DNA of 64,000 nt, taken from assembly GCF_006345805.1 (NCBI RefSeq), contig NC_043000.1, forward strand, positions 6,014,001 to 6,078,000. The letters are read 5' to 3'. A program made the position numbers and the translations under genes. Numbering within the stretch: position 1 is the first letter of the stretch; each line of letters starts with the position of its first letter. The DNA is from Octopus sinensis (lineage: Eukaryota). The notes below the pieces were generated by a model, which was given only the letters and a program-made list of their open reading frames with translations, did not search any database and had not been told where the DNA came from. Positions 12,663-23,900 of the stretch are shown here, piece after piece.

Positions 12663-13269
12663 TATATATATATAGATGTATATGTATGTATATATATATA
12701 TGCATATATAATTTACAGTTCTAAAAGCACCACAACCAAATTCTCAGTTATGAATTTAAGATTTATTTTGTTTTTAAAAAGAAAATTTGAAACCTCTGAA
12801 GAATGTTGTTAATTCCTTTTATGATCATCCATATGATTTCTAACCATTGGGCTTAAATTCAATTTTATTTTGTTACCTCTTTTATATTGTAAAACGAAGT
12901 AGTAAAAAATTATTAAACCATTGGAATTTATGTATATTTTGGTAACAGAACTTGTCACCTTCATGTTTACAAATAAGAATTATCTGACTTCTTAGTGAGT
13001 AAATGGTTATGTGTCAAATATTCACATACACTGAAATGGTATTTTTCTAATTTTATAAATTTTCTGGAATTCTTACAAAAGATATTATCAGAAAAAAATT
13101 TAATAAGGACTCATTGGTTACTATGTGATGTTGAAGGATTCTATATTCCATTAGCACAAACAGTAATCATTGCTCAAGCAAGAGTATAGAACACAAAAAC
13201 ATCAGTATATGTATTTTTATATATTTAATTCACAGAAGTTACAAAGTGACTCAAGTGCCAATTAAATAT

Positions 13270-13415
13270 TATATATATATATATATATACACATGTACAT
13301 ATATACAAATATATATAAAAACATATATATATACACACACAACACACACACACACATATATATATACACATATATATAAACGTATATATACATATATAAA
13401 TGTACATATATATAA

Positions 13416-13455
<40 letters not shown>

Positions 13456-13622
13456 ATATATATATATGCATATATATATATATATGTATATATACGCATA
13501 TATATGTATATATACGCATATATATATATACATATATATTAACATATATATATATATACATATATATGTATATACATATATATATATGCATATATATATA
13601 TATACATTATATATATATATAC

Positions 13623-13653
<31 letters not shown>

Positions 13654-13769
13654 CATATATATATACATATACATATATATATACATATATAAACATATAT
13701 ATATATATAAACATATATATATAAACATATATATATATATATATATATAACATATATATATATATATAT
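13270..13769. repeat. About 500-bp (TA/CA)n microsatellite
   Basis: Direct inspection; source of many spurious YIYI ORFs. Confidence 0.95.
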
Positions 13770-13804
13770 CTGTAATATAATATGTGACAATTATTCGGTT
13801 GCCA

Positions 13805-13851
13805 TAATAAAACTCCGAGTTTCAGATGCTCTGGCATCTCGTCAGTTATTA
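13805..13851 (-). ncRNA. Type-I hammerhead ribozyme motif (near-intact)
   Basis: Minus strand: TAATAA CTGACGA GATGC-CAGA-GCATC T GAAA CTCGGAG TT TTATTA (stem I, core, stem II, GAAA, stem III, GUU site); one extra nt before GAAA. Confidence 0.65.
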
Positions 13852-14043
13852 AGACAAACAAAAATGCTATGAAAATGACCGCTAAACAAGGGAAATTACT
13901 ATGTAAATGACTGTTATTAAGACAAACGAAAGAGCTATTTATTTAAGTCATTCTAATAGCTCTTTTGTTTGTCTTCATAACGGTCATTTACGTAGTAATT
14001 TACCTTTGTTTAACAGTCATTTTCATAGCATTTTTGTTTGTCT

Positions 14044-14106
14044 TAATAACTGACGAGATGCCAGAGCAGATTTCCACCCTGGCATCCAAAACTTGGAGTT
14101 TTATTA
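14044..14106 (+). ncRNA. Type-I hammerhead motif with core mutated (GAAA>AAAA)
   Basis: TAATAA CTGACGA GATGCCAG...CTGGCATC C AAAA CTTGGAG TT TTATTA. Confidence 0.55.
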
Positions 14107-16492
14107 TGGCAACTGAATAATTGTCACATATTACAGATAAATTCTCTATTTACATAATATCGAGGTCTCATTCATTCTTTTGTTGTCATACTATTATTAT
14201 TAATATATATACATATATATATATACACACACACACATATAGATATCTATATACATACATGTATATACATATATATGTATATGTAAATTTTTATCATTTG
14301 ATGTACAAATTCTTTAATTAGGAACTCTTCATTTGTCTAGAGAAATGTTCTCTGGTTTATTCAGAAAACATTACTGAAATATGGGAATCACTGACGACTT
14401 ACCAGAAGACAGCCTATAATACTTTACACTTAATAAAATTCAAATTCAACCGAGCAGTAGAGTGTTTGACTATTTGCCTTACTGTATTTAGTTTAATCCT
14501 CCATGTTCTGGACTTGATTCTTATTGAGGTTGGCTCCGCCTTTCACTTAACCCTCTGTGTTTGTTAAACATTTGTATCAGATGTGTATTGTTGTTTGATT
14601 TAATTGACTGTAATCCATTCTTAAAAATGTGGTTTTTGTGCTACTAAAACAACAAAAAATTTTTTAAACTGCATCTAAAATTCAAATATAATTGAAAATA
14701 CACCTTTCATTTCCAGCAATGATATATGTAATTTCCTCTTAATGTTTGATATTTCTTTATATTTATAAGTGATATGACCTATTAATATATATATATATAT
14801 ATATTAATAATCTACATGTATTGGGTCTTAAATGTTCAAACCATTGGTTTATTATTTGCCGTCATAAAAATGGTAATCCTAATGCTGAGGGATTATATAT
14901 AACCAGAGGGAAAGCTAGCTGTCTTTATATTGGTATAACATTTTTATCTACATTTCAGTTTAATATCAACATTTAAAAAAATTTTTTTTTTTTTTTTGAA
15001 AAGCATTTTTATTTTCAGAAATTTCTTCACTTAAGTTGTTTCTGTATGATTTCAATGGCATCTTCTAAAGGCAAAAAAAAAAAAAAGGAAAAACGAACAG
15101 TGTCTGCCATTTGTTACTCCAATGTTATTTTCAATATATATTTCCATTTCAAATTAAACTATCCGGCACATTATATAAATATATTTTCTTAATGTGCAGC
15201 TTATTTTCTAAATTCACAGGTATTGAATATTTTTTTTAACATCTTTATCTATTACAAGAAAGATGGACCAGAACATATTTCAATTAAAAAAAAAAAAAAA
15301 GAAAAACAAGGAGAAAACAAAAAAGGTTATTCTTTTTAAATCTGTAAAATTATAATTAAAATAGTTATTCCTATTGAATATATTGCCAAATTGGCATTGG
15401 ATCATTTTTGATTTTTCAGTCAATTTTTAAGACTTGATGCTGCCTGCTGCTAATCTCTGTCTTTTGGCTTCAATATCATTAGTCTAAAATTGAAAATAAT
15501 GGCATTTTAAAACCAAGCCTTATTTTATTTCAGAAAAGCAAGTAACTTTCAATAATTTTTATTAAGTTCAATCTAAAAACTTCCCATATGCAGTTAATAT
15601 TTATTGTAGTTGAGAATTTAATTGTGAAATAAAAAATAAATAATCTGCTCTAATTATTTTTTAAGCTAGTAGTCGATTATATATATATATATATATATAT
15701 ATAAAATCTAACAGATTTTTTTTTTTTTGCAACCAGTTTCTCTGTTAATATGTAAATAAATTTGTATAGAAATGCTTTGATTTGTTCCAACAACAGTATT
15801 ACACTATTATTGTTTAAAGTACATTTGTAAAACAAAATCAAGCGATAACAACTGTATTATATAATTTAGTAACAAAACAAAACAAAAAAAAAATGAAGAT
15901 GGGGATATTCATTTGAGATATTGCTTGATTTTTCTGTCAGTAAATTTCATATTTTAATGAAATGTTTATTTACAATGATAATGCTCACTTAAAAGAAAGA
16001 CAGAATAAATTCCACAGACTCGGAGTTAATCAAACAATAGTTTATCTATATTTAAACTGGACCCACTTTACAGTAAAATTTGTCATAAGTAATAAGAGCT
16101 ATTCTGAATTAATTTTTGGTCAATTTTGTAACAAGCTTTTTTTTTTTTTCTAATTTTAACTTAAGTTTCAAAAAGTCACTTTTTATCACTGCTCCTTCAC
16201 TTTACTATTTCATATACATTTTACACACTGAAAATACATGTATATCTGTCTAAATAACAAACCGAAAAAAGCATATGTTCAATGGGTGTCTGTGTGTGTG
16301 TGTGTGTGTGTGGAGAGAGAGAGAGAGAGAGTGGGAAAGAGAAAGAGAGAGATAAATGAAGTTGTATGTAGCTTTGAAATACAAAATGAGAGCTGAACAA
16401 CAAAGGTAATGAAATTCAGTAAATACAAAAGACTAGAAACAGTTTTTAATATGGCTCTTATTGCTTTGGTTGATGTATTTTATTTTTGTTTG

Positions 16493-16498
16493 AATAAA
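16493..16498 (+). promoter_or_regulatory. Candidate distal poly(A) signal of ARRDC
   Basis: AATAAA flanked by U-rich sequence at the boundary between repeat-poor and repeat-rich DNA; AATAAA is common in this AT-rich DNA. Confidence 0.25.
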
Positions 16499-16685
16499 TT
16501 GCATATTTTTTCTATTTTTGTCTTTCAGTGGTCAGTTTCTCTTAGACAATCTCTGTGTATTACATGACCATCATCTCTATGTAATGCCGGTCTTCCATGT
16601 TAGCATGGGTTGGTTGATTTGACAAGATCTGATAAACAAGAGGACTATCTTAAGCTCCAGTGTCTTCTTTGCATGGTTTCTATGG

Positions 16686-16925
16686 CTGGATGCCTTTCCT
16701 AATGCTGACCACTTCACAGGGGGTACTGGATGCCTTTCCTAATGCTAACCACCTCACATGGGGTACTGGATGCCTTTCCTAATGTTAACCACTTCACAGG
16801 GGGTACTGGATGCCTTTCCTAATGCTAACCACCTCACATGGGGTACTGGATGCCTTTCCTAATGCTAACCACTTCACAGGGGGTACTGGATGACTCCTAA
16901 TGCTAACCACTTCACAGGGGCTACT
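16686..16925. repeat. Tandem repeat, 40-bp unit x6, derived from an RTE 3' end
   Basis: Unit CTGGATGCCTTTCCTAATGCTAACCACYTCACAKGGGGTA at 16686, 16726, 16766, 16806, 16846, 16886. Confidence 0.95.
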
Positions 16926-17371
16926 GGGTGCTTTTTCATGACACTGGCACTGGTGAAGTCATCTTGTAACTTGCAAGACAAAGGGAAAATTCCTTTTAAC
17001 TGAGTGGGAGTAGAAAAAGGGAGATGGCTTTATGTTAAGTGATGAAAGGTTCAAGAATGAGAGAGAGACAGGAACAAGTTTCTTGCTGTAGAGGATAGTG
17101 ACATGGCTACCCTACATTATATTAGGATAAGTGGAAATAGTTGGATTGGAGCTGGAATGAAAGATAAAGACAGAGGAGACCAAGTGTCAGGACATACCCT
17201 TAATCCTTTAGCATTCAAACTAGCCATATCTGGCCCAAATATTCAATCTGTATTTTGTTCTAACTGGCCAGGTCTAGCGTTTCATACCTACCCTACACTG
17301 TCATTCTAAAAGTAAACAATTGCATCATTGAAATCTCAGAGCTACAGAATAATTCATGATTTATTCAAAAT

Positions 17372-17688
17372 GTGTGTGGCTTAGTGGTTAGAGCATTCGA
17401 CTCATGATCGTAAGGTCATGAGTTCAGTTCCTGGCAATGCCTTGTGTCCTTGAGCAAAATACTTTATTTTACATCGCTCTAGTTCATTCAGCTGGCAAAA
17501 ATAAGTAGTATCTGTATTTCAAAGGGCCAGCCTTGTCACATTCTGTGTCATGCTGAATCTCCCTTGAGAACTACATTAAGAGTACATGTGTCTGTGGAGT
17601 GCTCAGCCACTTGCATGTTAATTTCACGAGCAGGTTCCATTGATTGGATCAACTGGAACCCTCATCATAACTGACGGAATGCCAGTAT
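17372..17688 (+). mobile_element. tRNA/CORE-type SINE (tail C)
   Basis: TGGCTTAGTGG A box, GAGTTCAGTTCC B box, CORE-like GTCCTTGAGCAAAATACTTTATTT; homologous to 27642-27965. Confidence 0.8.
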
Positions 17689-18289
17689 TCAAAGCAATAC
17701 TCTTTTAATTGTTTCAGTCATTTGACTGTGGCCATGCTGGAGCACCGCCTTTAGTCGAGCAAATCGACTCCAGGACTTATTCTTTGTAAGCCTAGTACTT
17801 ATTCTATTGGTCTCTTTTGCTGAACTGCTAAGTTACCGGGACGTAAACACACCAGTATCGGTTGTTATGCCGAGGTCGGCTTTGCCTTTCATCCTTTAGG
17901 GGTCAATAAATTAAGTACCAGTTACGCACTGGGGTCGATGTAATCAACTTAATCCCTTTGTCTGTCCTTGTTTGTCCCCTCTATGTTTAGCCCCTTGTGG
18001 GCAATAAAGAAATAAGAAATAGGTGGTGTTGGTGGTGATTATTGGCAGATGTGAGGGAACGTTAAGAATGAAGTATGAGCATCAATAAGATGCAGTTCAG
18101 GGAAGAGGAGGAGATTACTGGGAGCTCAGAAAGCATGGTCAGTGGAAAATAAGGGTCGGGAGGGATGGATGGTCGCACAGAAAGGAGGTGAAACATGTAT
18201 TTATGCTCTCATTCAATTACAGCAGCAGAAAAATACAGAAAGATGAGAGGATGGGGGAAGGCTTGACAGGGACAAATTAGCCACAGGCA

Positions 18290-19228
18290 AAGTTGTGCCT
18301 ATATATATTGGCGACAAAGGGTCTCTCGCTCAGAGCGAAAGGTAGGTTGTATGATGCATGTGTGCGAACTGCCATGCTTCACGGCAGTGAAACGTGGGCC
18401 GTGACTGCAGAGGACATGCGTAGACTTGAAAGAAATGAAGCTAGCATGATCCGCTGGATGTGGAATGTCAGTGTGCACGCACGACAGAGTGTAAGCACCC
18501 TGAGAGAAATGCTGGACATAAGAAGCATCAGATGTGGTGTGCAAGAGCGACGCTTGCGATGGTATGATCATGTACTGCGGATGGATGAGGAGAGATGTGT
18601 GAAGAAGTGCCGCTCCCAAACAGTTGAAGGTATCAGGGGGAGAAGTAGACCCAGGAAAACATGGGATGAGGTGGTCAAGCATGACCTCAGAGTTTTAGAC
18701 TTCACAGAGGCAATGACGAAGGACCGAGATCTCTGGAGATATGCTGTGACTGCAAAGACCCGGGCTGCTTCCTGCACCAGTTCCGCATAGCCCCAGCCCA
18801 TTCAAAGTACCTTGGATTTCAGAACAACCTGCTGTGCTTGAGGAGACTTGTTGAGTTAAGTACATGAACATCGAAATAAATATCAAATGGAAATAGTAGT
18901 TGTGATACCTGTGCCGGTGGCACGTAAAAAGCACCATCCGAACGTGGCCGTTGCCAGCACCGCCTCGACTGGCTTCTGTGCCAGTGGCACATAAAAAGTA
19001 CAAACCGATCGTGATCGCTGCCAGACTCCCCTGGCACCTGTGCCATTGGCACGTAAAAAGCACCCACTACACTCACGGAGTGGTTGGCGTTAGGAAGGGC
19101 ATCCAGCTGTAGAAACACTGCCAGATCAGACTGGAGCCTGGTGCAGCTTCCTGGCTTCACAGACCCTGGTCGAACCATCCAACTCATCCTAGCAGGGAAA
19201 ATGGACGTTAAAAGATGATGATGATGAT
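18290..19228 (+). mobile_element. 5'-truncated RTE-clade LINE (ORF C-terminus, repeat-containing 3' UTR, (GAT)n tail)
   Basis: KGRLYDACVRTAMLHGSETWAVT...ERRLRWYDHVLRM...RGRSRPRKTW is the RTE C-terminal signature; ends GGACGTTAAAAGATGATGATGAT. Confidence 0.9.
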
Positions 19229-19234
19229 ATATAT

Positions 19235-19412
19235 TTAGAAGAAATGAGGTACTCAGAAATCTGGATGGTTTTATATTTACAGTTATCTAAACTCCACTAG
19301 AGTGGACGAAAGCGCTAATATATGATATATGATTTATAAAAACATGTAACATACTAATAAATATCTGTAAATATAAAACCATCCAAATTTCTGAGTACCT
19401 CATTTCTTCTAA
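19235..19412. repeat. Inverted repeat (about 50-bp arms) enclosing the 3' half of a hammerhead
   Basis: TTAGAAGAAATGAGGTACTCAGAAAT...TATATTTACAG versus CTGTAAATATA...ATTTCTGAGTACCTCATTTCTTCTAA; spacer holds TCCAC-TAGA-GTGGA-C-GAAA-GCGC-TA. Confidence 0.75.
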
Positions 19413-19442
19413 TATATAATACCTGTACATCATCTCCAAACC

Positions 19443-19475
<33 letters not shown>

Positions 19476-19489
19476 CAATAAACATAATG

Positions 19490-19800
19490 CTTTTAGGGCT
19501 CTGCTTTTGCCATGATGGATGGATCTTCTCAAGCACAACATATTGGCGGTCCTTTGTCATATCTGTGAGACTCAACATCTTCACTAACCACTTCTACTCT
19601 GTCTTTTTGGATCTCCATATTCAGTAATCACAGCTGACCATATGAATCACATGCCTATAACAGTGCAATCTTCTTTTTTTGCATACCACATCTGATTCTT
19701 CGTATGTCCAGTTTTTCTCTCAACACATTTGTATTCTAACTTTCATGTACACTGACACTGCACATCCAGCAGAGTATGTTTGCTTCTTTTCTTTCTAGTT
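19490..19800 (-). mobile_element. Old RTE-type LINE fragment
   Basis: Minus-strand KMLSLTDMTKDRQYVVLEK parallels RVLDFTEAMTKDRDLWRYAV of the 18290 copy. Confidence 0.6.
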
Positions 19801-20614
19801 TCCACCTTCTTGTTCTTAATTTCTGCTTCTACCCTTGCTAAGCAAACTTAGCTCCCCATCAAACTAGCTGATATTATTCTCTTCCTCCATTCTTCTAGTC
19901 TTTCAAAGTCTGTCTCTGCTTTTATGGCTCTGTCTACTTCACTGTTTCACCACTATGACATCCTTGATCTGGCTGGAATTTTGCACCCTCCAGATTTGGC
20001 ATACAGTGCTCAGCAGTCCATAATCATTTTTGCACCATAGATTGGTTTCATGCAAGACGGACTGGGAAATCTTGTGCATAACAAAACAATAAAATGTGAC
20101 CCAATGCTAAATAATCCATGGTTTGATGGCTGTTGTTGTTGTTAAGCTACAAGACAGGTAAAGGTGACTAGGTGATGGTCTAGGGCTTAGGGGCAGGAGA
20201 CCCCAGACCTTGGGAAAAAAAAAAACTTTGGTCGTCTTGTTGTAGTCGAGGGCTCTTCATTGACGCTCAACACCACTGGGAGGTGGCCCTTGAAGTCGCT
20301 GGAAATGGAGATCTCCAGGTCCAAATTCTTTGATGGCTGGGAACCCCTGCTCTATGCTATACATCTCAATTGTATATATGAGAAGGATCACTTTTTTCTT
20401 ATTAACTGCATTAATCTTCAGTGTAAAAGATATGATGTTGTGTGAATACTGCAACATGCTATATTAACTTCATTTTGGATCAAGAACTCAAATTACAAAG
20501 AATTTCAACTGTATTTCCAACTACAAGCACCTTTTAGCTGCTGATTGCTACATGTTAGAATACATGATTCTACTACAAAGCAGAAATGTTTGTTTTATTT
20601 AGACAAAATAACTC

Positions 20615-20962
20615 CTTTTCAAACTCCACCTGTCTAACACCCGTGGACATGTTTACAAAGCCAGAAAACAGAACAGCTCCCATGACTTTCGGAAACATTT
20701 TTTCACACTAAGAGTTGCTGAAGCATGGAATAGACTGCTGGCATCAGTTGTTAGTTGTCGGAGCACTGCATCCTTTAAAACTTCCATGCTTCCTGAGATT
20801 CGCCAACACTACACCTGATTTTCTCCCCTCCATACACACACAAGTATGTATCTGACTCATACACTGTTCGCTTTCCAGACATTTGTACATTACTGCATAT
20901 ACTTTATATGCACTTTCTGACAAGTTGTGGTGCACCTGAGCACTGTATACAATAATTTCATT
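20615..20962 (+). mobile_element. CR1-type LINE 3' end
   Basis: Near-identical to 3112-3462. Confidence 0.9.
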
Positions 20963-23900
20963 ATATATAAAATAAAACTTAACAGTTTGATTGAACTTCC
21001 CCAATGAAAGGTATTGACATTTTTCTAAATGTGTCCAGCTTGGTGAACTAAGAATATATATGATTGCATCTTAATTTCATTTCATTCTTTCTATATGCTT
21101 ACATTTATACATTTAACGTTATCTTAAATTCCCTAATTTTCCTATGAGATATATCTTCATTATCATTTAATGTCCACTTTCCATGCTGGCATGGGTTGAA
21201 CAGTTTGATCAGAGCTGGTAAGCTGGGGAGCAGTACCAGGTTTCAGCCTGATTTGGCCTGGTTTCTATGGCTAGATGCCCTTCATAATGCCAACTGCTTT
21301 TTGCATGGATGGTATATGCTTTTTATGTGTATTAACACGGGTGCCATATAAAGTAAGTATGAGGCATAAGGAAAACAAATAAATAAATAAAAACAATAGA
21401 GACTGGAATGCTTCACTTTAGCTAGATTTGAACCTTTATGCTATGATTTACATTGAAGAGAGCAAAAAACAAGAAAACTATCTTTAGCAAATGTGATACA
21501 GAATCCTGATTCAATCTCTCTATGTATTACATTAAACAATAAATATCTACCAGGCAAAAAAATTATTTACTATTTTATTAAATAGTAGAAAGGAAAAGTT
21601 GATATGTAAATGAAATAACATACTATAACAATGGTTTCTAATTTAAGCACAAGGCCAACAGCTTTGAGGAAAGGGTATAGTTGATTGCTTCACCCCATCT
21701 TATTTGACTGGTACTATTTTGTATCAGTCCTAGAGGGGTGAAAGGTGAATTTAACTTCAGCAGGATTTGGGCCCAGAACATAAAGGGCTGCAAGGCATTT
21801 TCCCAAAACTCTAATGTTCAACACAATGATAATTTCAAATTTTGACACAAGGCCAGCAATGACTGAGGGAAGATGGGGCAAATAGATTACATCAGTCCTT
21901 GTACTTTATCTTATTGATCCTCCCAAAGGAGGAGCCATTTGCAAAAGTCTAGAAGATTGCAGGAATTCTGGTGTAGAAAACTCGCAGGATGTGCAATGTA
22001 TGAAGGAATTTTTTCGTCTTCCTAATGCTCACCATCTAGCATAAAGCTACATCCCTCACTACTATAATCCTACTTAGTAAAAGGGGATTGTTCATCTTGT
22101 GAGCTACATGGTGGCTTCACTAATACTGGGATCATCAAAAAATTTACCCGGTACACTTGGTAAAATGGTTGACATTAGGAAGGCCATCCAACCATAGAAC
22201 CATGCCGAAGCAGATATTGCAGTACAATATGTCCTTTGACTTGTTGGATCTTCACAAACCATTCAGCCTACATTAGCAAAGAAGATAAATGTTAAAAGAT
22301 AATGAAGGCTCATTGTTGTGGTGATGAGTAAAAGCCTCTCAGTGGGGCGTAGTAGATGACTTCCTCATAGATAAATCACCAGTGGATTGTGGGCTTTGGT
22401 TATGTGAAGGTTTACGAAACATATTTTGCGTAACTGTCTCAGATGGATCAGCAGTGAAACATACAGAGGTAGTTGACAAAGAACTTGCAGGGCTTCAACC
22501 AGTTAGATGACTTGCTGTATCTGAGGGCTCAGATGCTGGTAATAGGTTGTTGATTAACTCCAGGTCAGTCTTCATTGAACAGACATTTCAGTTGTGACCA
22601 GTCTTTTTCCCATCAATAAGAAGTTGAGGATTGTATTATCCTTTGCGCCATTTTTCACCCAAGATGACAAGGTATCATTTCAGGAGGATTTTGCAGCTAT
22701 TTCTAGTAGATTAAGCAGCCAAGTAGAGGCTCTCATATTGACTTGTATGTGGCTGTGAAGTGTGGTGTACTGATTAGACATTCAATAAAATATAAATCTT
22801 TTTTTATGAAAAGAAAACAGGGCTGAAATACCAACCATAAATTGATGCACATGCTGAAAAAAAAAAGGTAAAAATGAAGAACGATATAAAAACAATTCAT
22901 TCGTTCAGGTAATATTTCTTCTTCAAATTTATTAAATTCAAGAAAATCAGAATAGAGAATATGAAAAGAATCTGAGCAGTAGTCGAATGTAAGAACAGTT
23001 GAAAATATCAATGAAGAAACAGTTGAAAATTGATGGGGAGGAGGAGGAAAAATAAGTTTGAGGTTTTCATTAAAAGAGAAAAAGAAAATTTTATTAAAAA
23101 TGAATGAAAAAAATTTAGATTTTTATTATTTCATTAGCATCCATTACCTGGATTAATAAATACATATATCCAAAATGAAGTTCACAAAAACTTATAAAAG
23201 AGAATTTGTAGGGAGAAAGGAAGAGCCTATTTGTCACCATTGTCAATTTTATAGCTATGCTATTATGGATATGTAAAAACTGAAATAATTATGAGCTACT
23301 AATTATCATAAATAAATTACATCTTTTTTTATTCTGGACTAACTAAGGGTTGTTATATTACACAGGAATACAACTTATAGTGATTTATTCTGCAGACAGC
23401 AAATATCATTATAAATTTACTGAATTTTTTGTTTGTTTGTTTTTTTGTTGTTTTTTTCACTTATATCAAAACATCATTTGAAATCAATCATTCTGAGAAG
23501 AGTCACACATTAAAAATAAATCATTCTTTATTATGGTTGCATATTTAAAGAAGGGTTAAATCTCAGTTTGTTACTGGAATATTCTTTGCCCTGTATTTAA
23601 TAATAGCTTTAACTTATTGTCTTTTTCTTTCTTTCTTGAAAAAAGACTCGTTTCATTATAGTCATTAGTGTGACATAATTAATAAGGCATCAAAACTTGG
23701 AAGAAGAGAAAACAACAACAACAACAGGTTCAAGCTGAGGAGTTTTTTTTAATGATTTTTTTTTTCTTCCTGAAATTTTCATTTTGTTCATTAACAATTA
23801 TTTCGAGTTAAAAAGGCCATAAAACCAAATTGTTGAGTCAGTGTCACAGATGTTGCAGCTGGAATTGTTTACGGAGATTAAAGTATATTGTCTTTGAAAT

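Larger units (their letters stand above)
13767..14139. repeat. Long inverted repeat (arms about 170-185 bp, loop about 15 nt) with a hammerhead motif in each arm; probable Penelope-like terminal-repeat relic
   Basis: 13767-13939 is the reverse complement of 13955-14139 with few mismatches and one indel of about 16 nt. Confidence 0.85.

Noticed and set aside
12152-13861. Many ORFs of the [12 protein letters not shown] type (also about 29.1, 30.8, 43.2 and 56.1 kb)
   Set aside because: Translations of TA/CA/TG microsatellites that lack stop codons.
18900-19070. CRISPR-like array (palindromic repeat plus variable spacer), also at 44.9, 48.2 and 53.0 kb
   Set aside because: Eukaryotic context with no cas genes. 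Spacers are homologous to one another, and the array is part of an RTE LINE 3' UTR.
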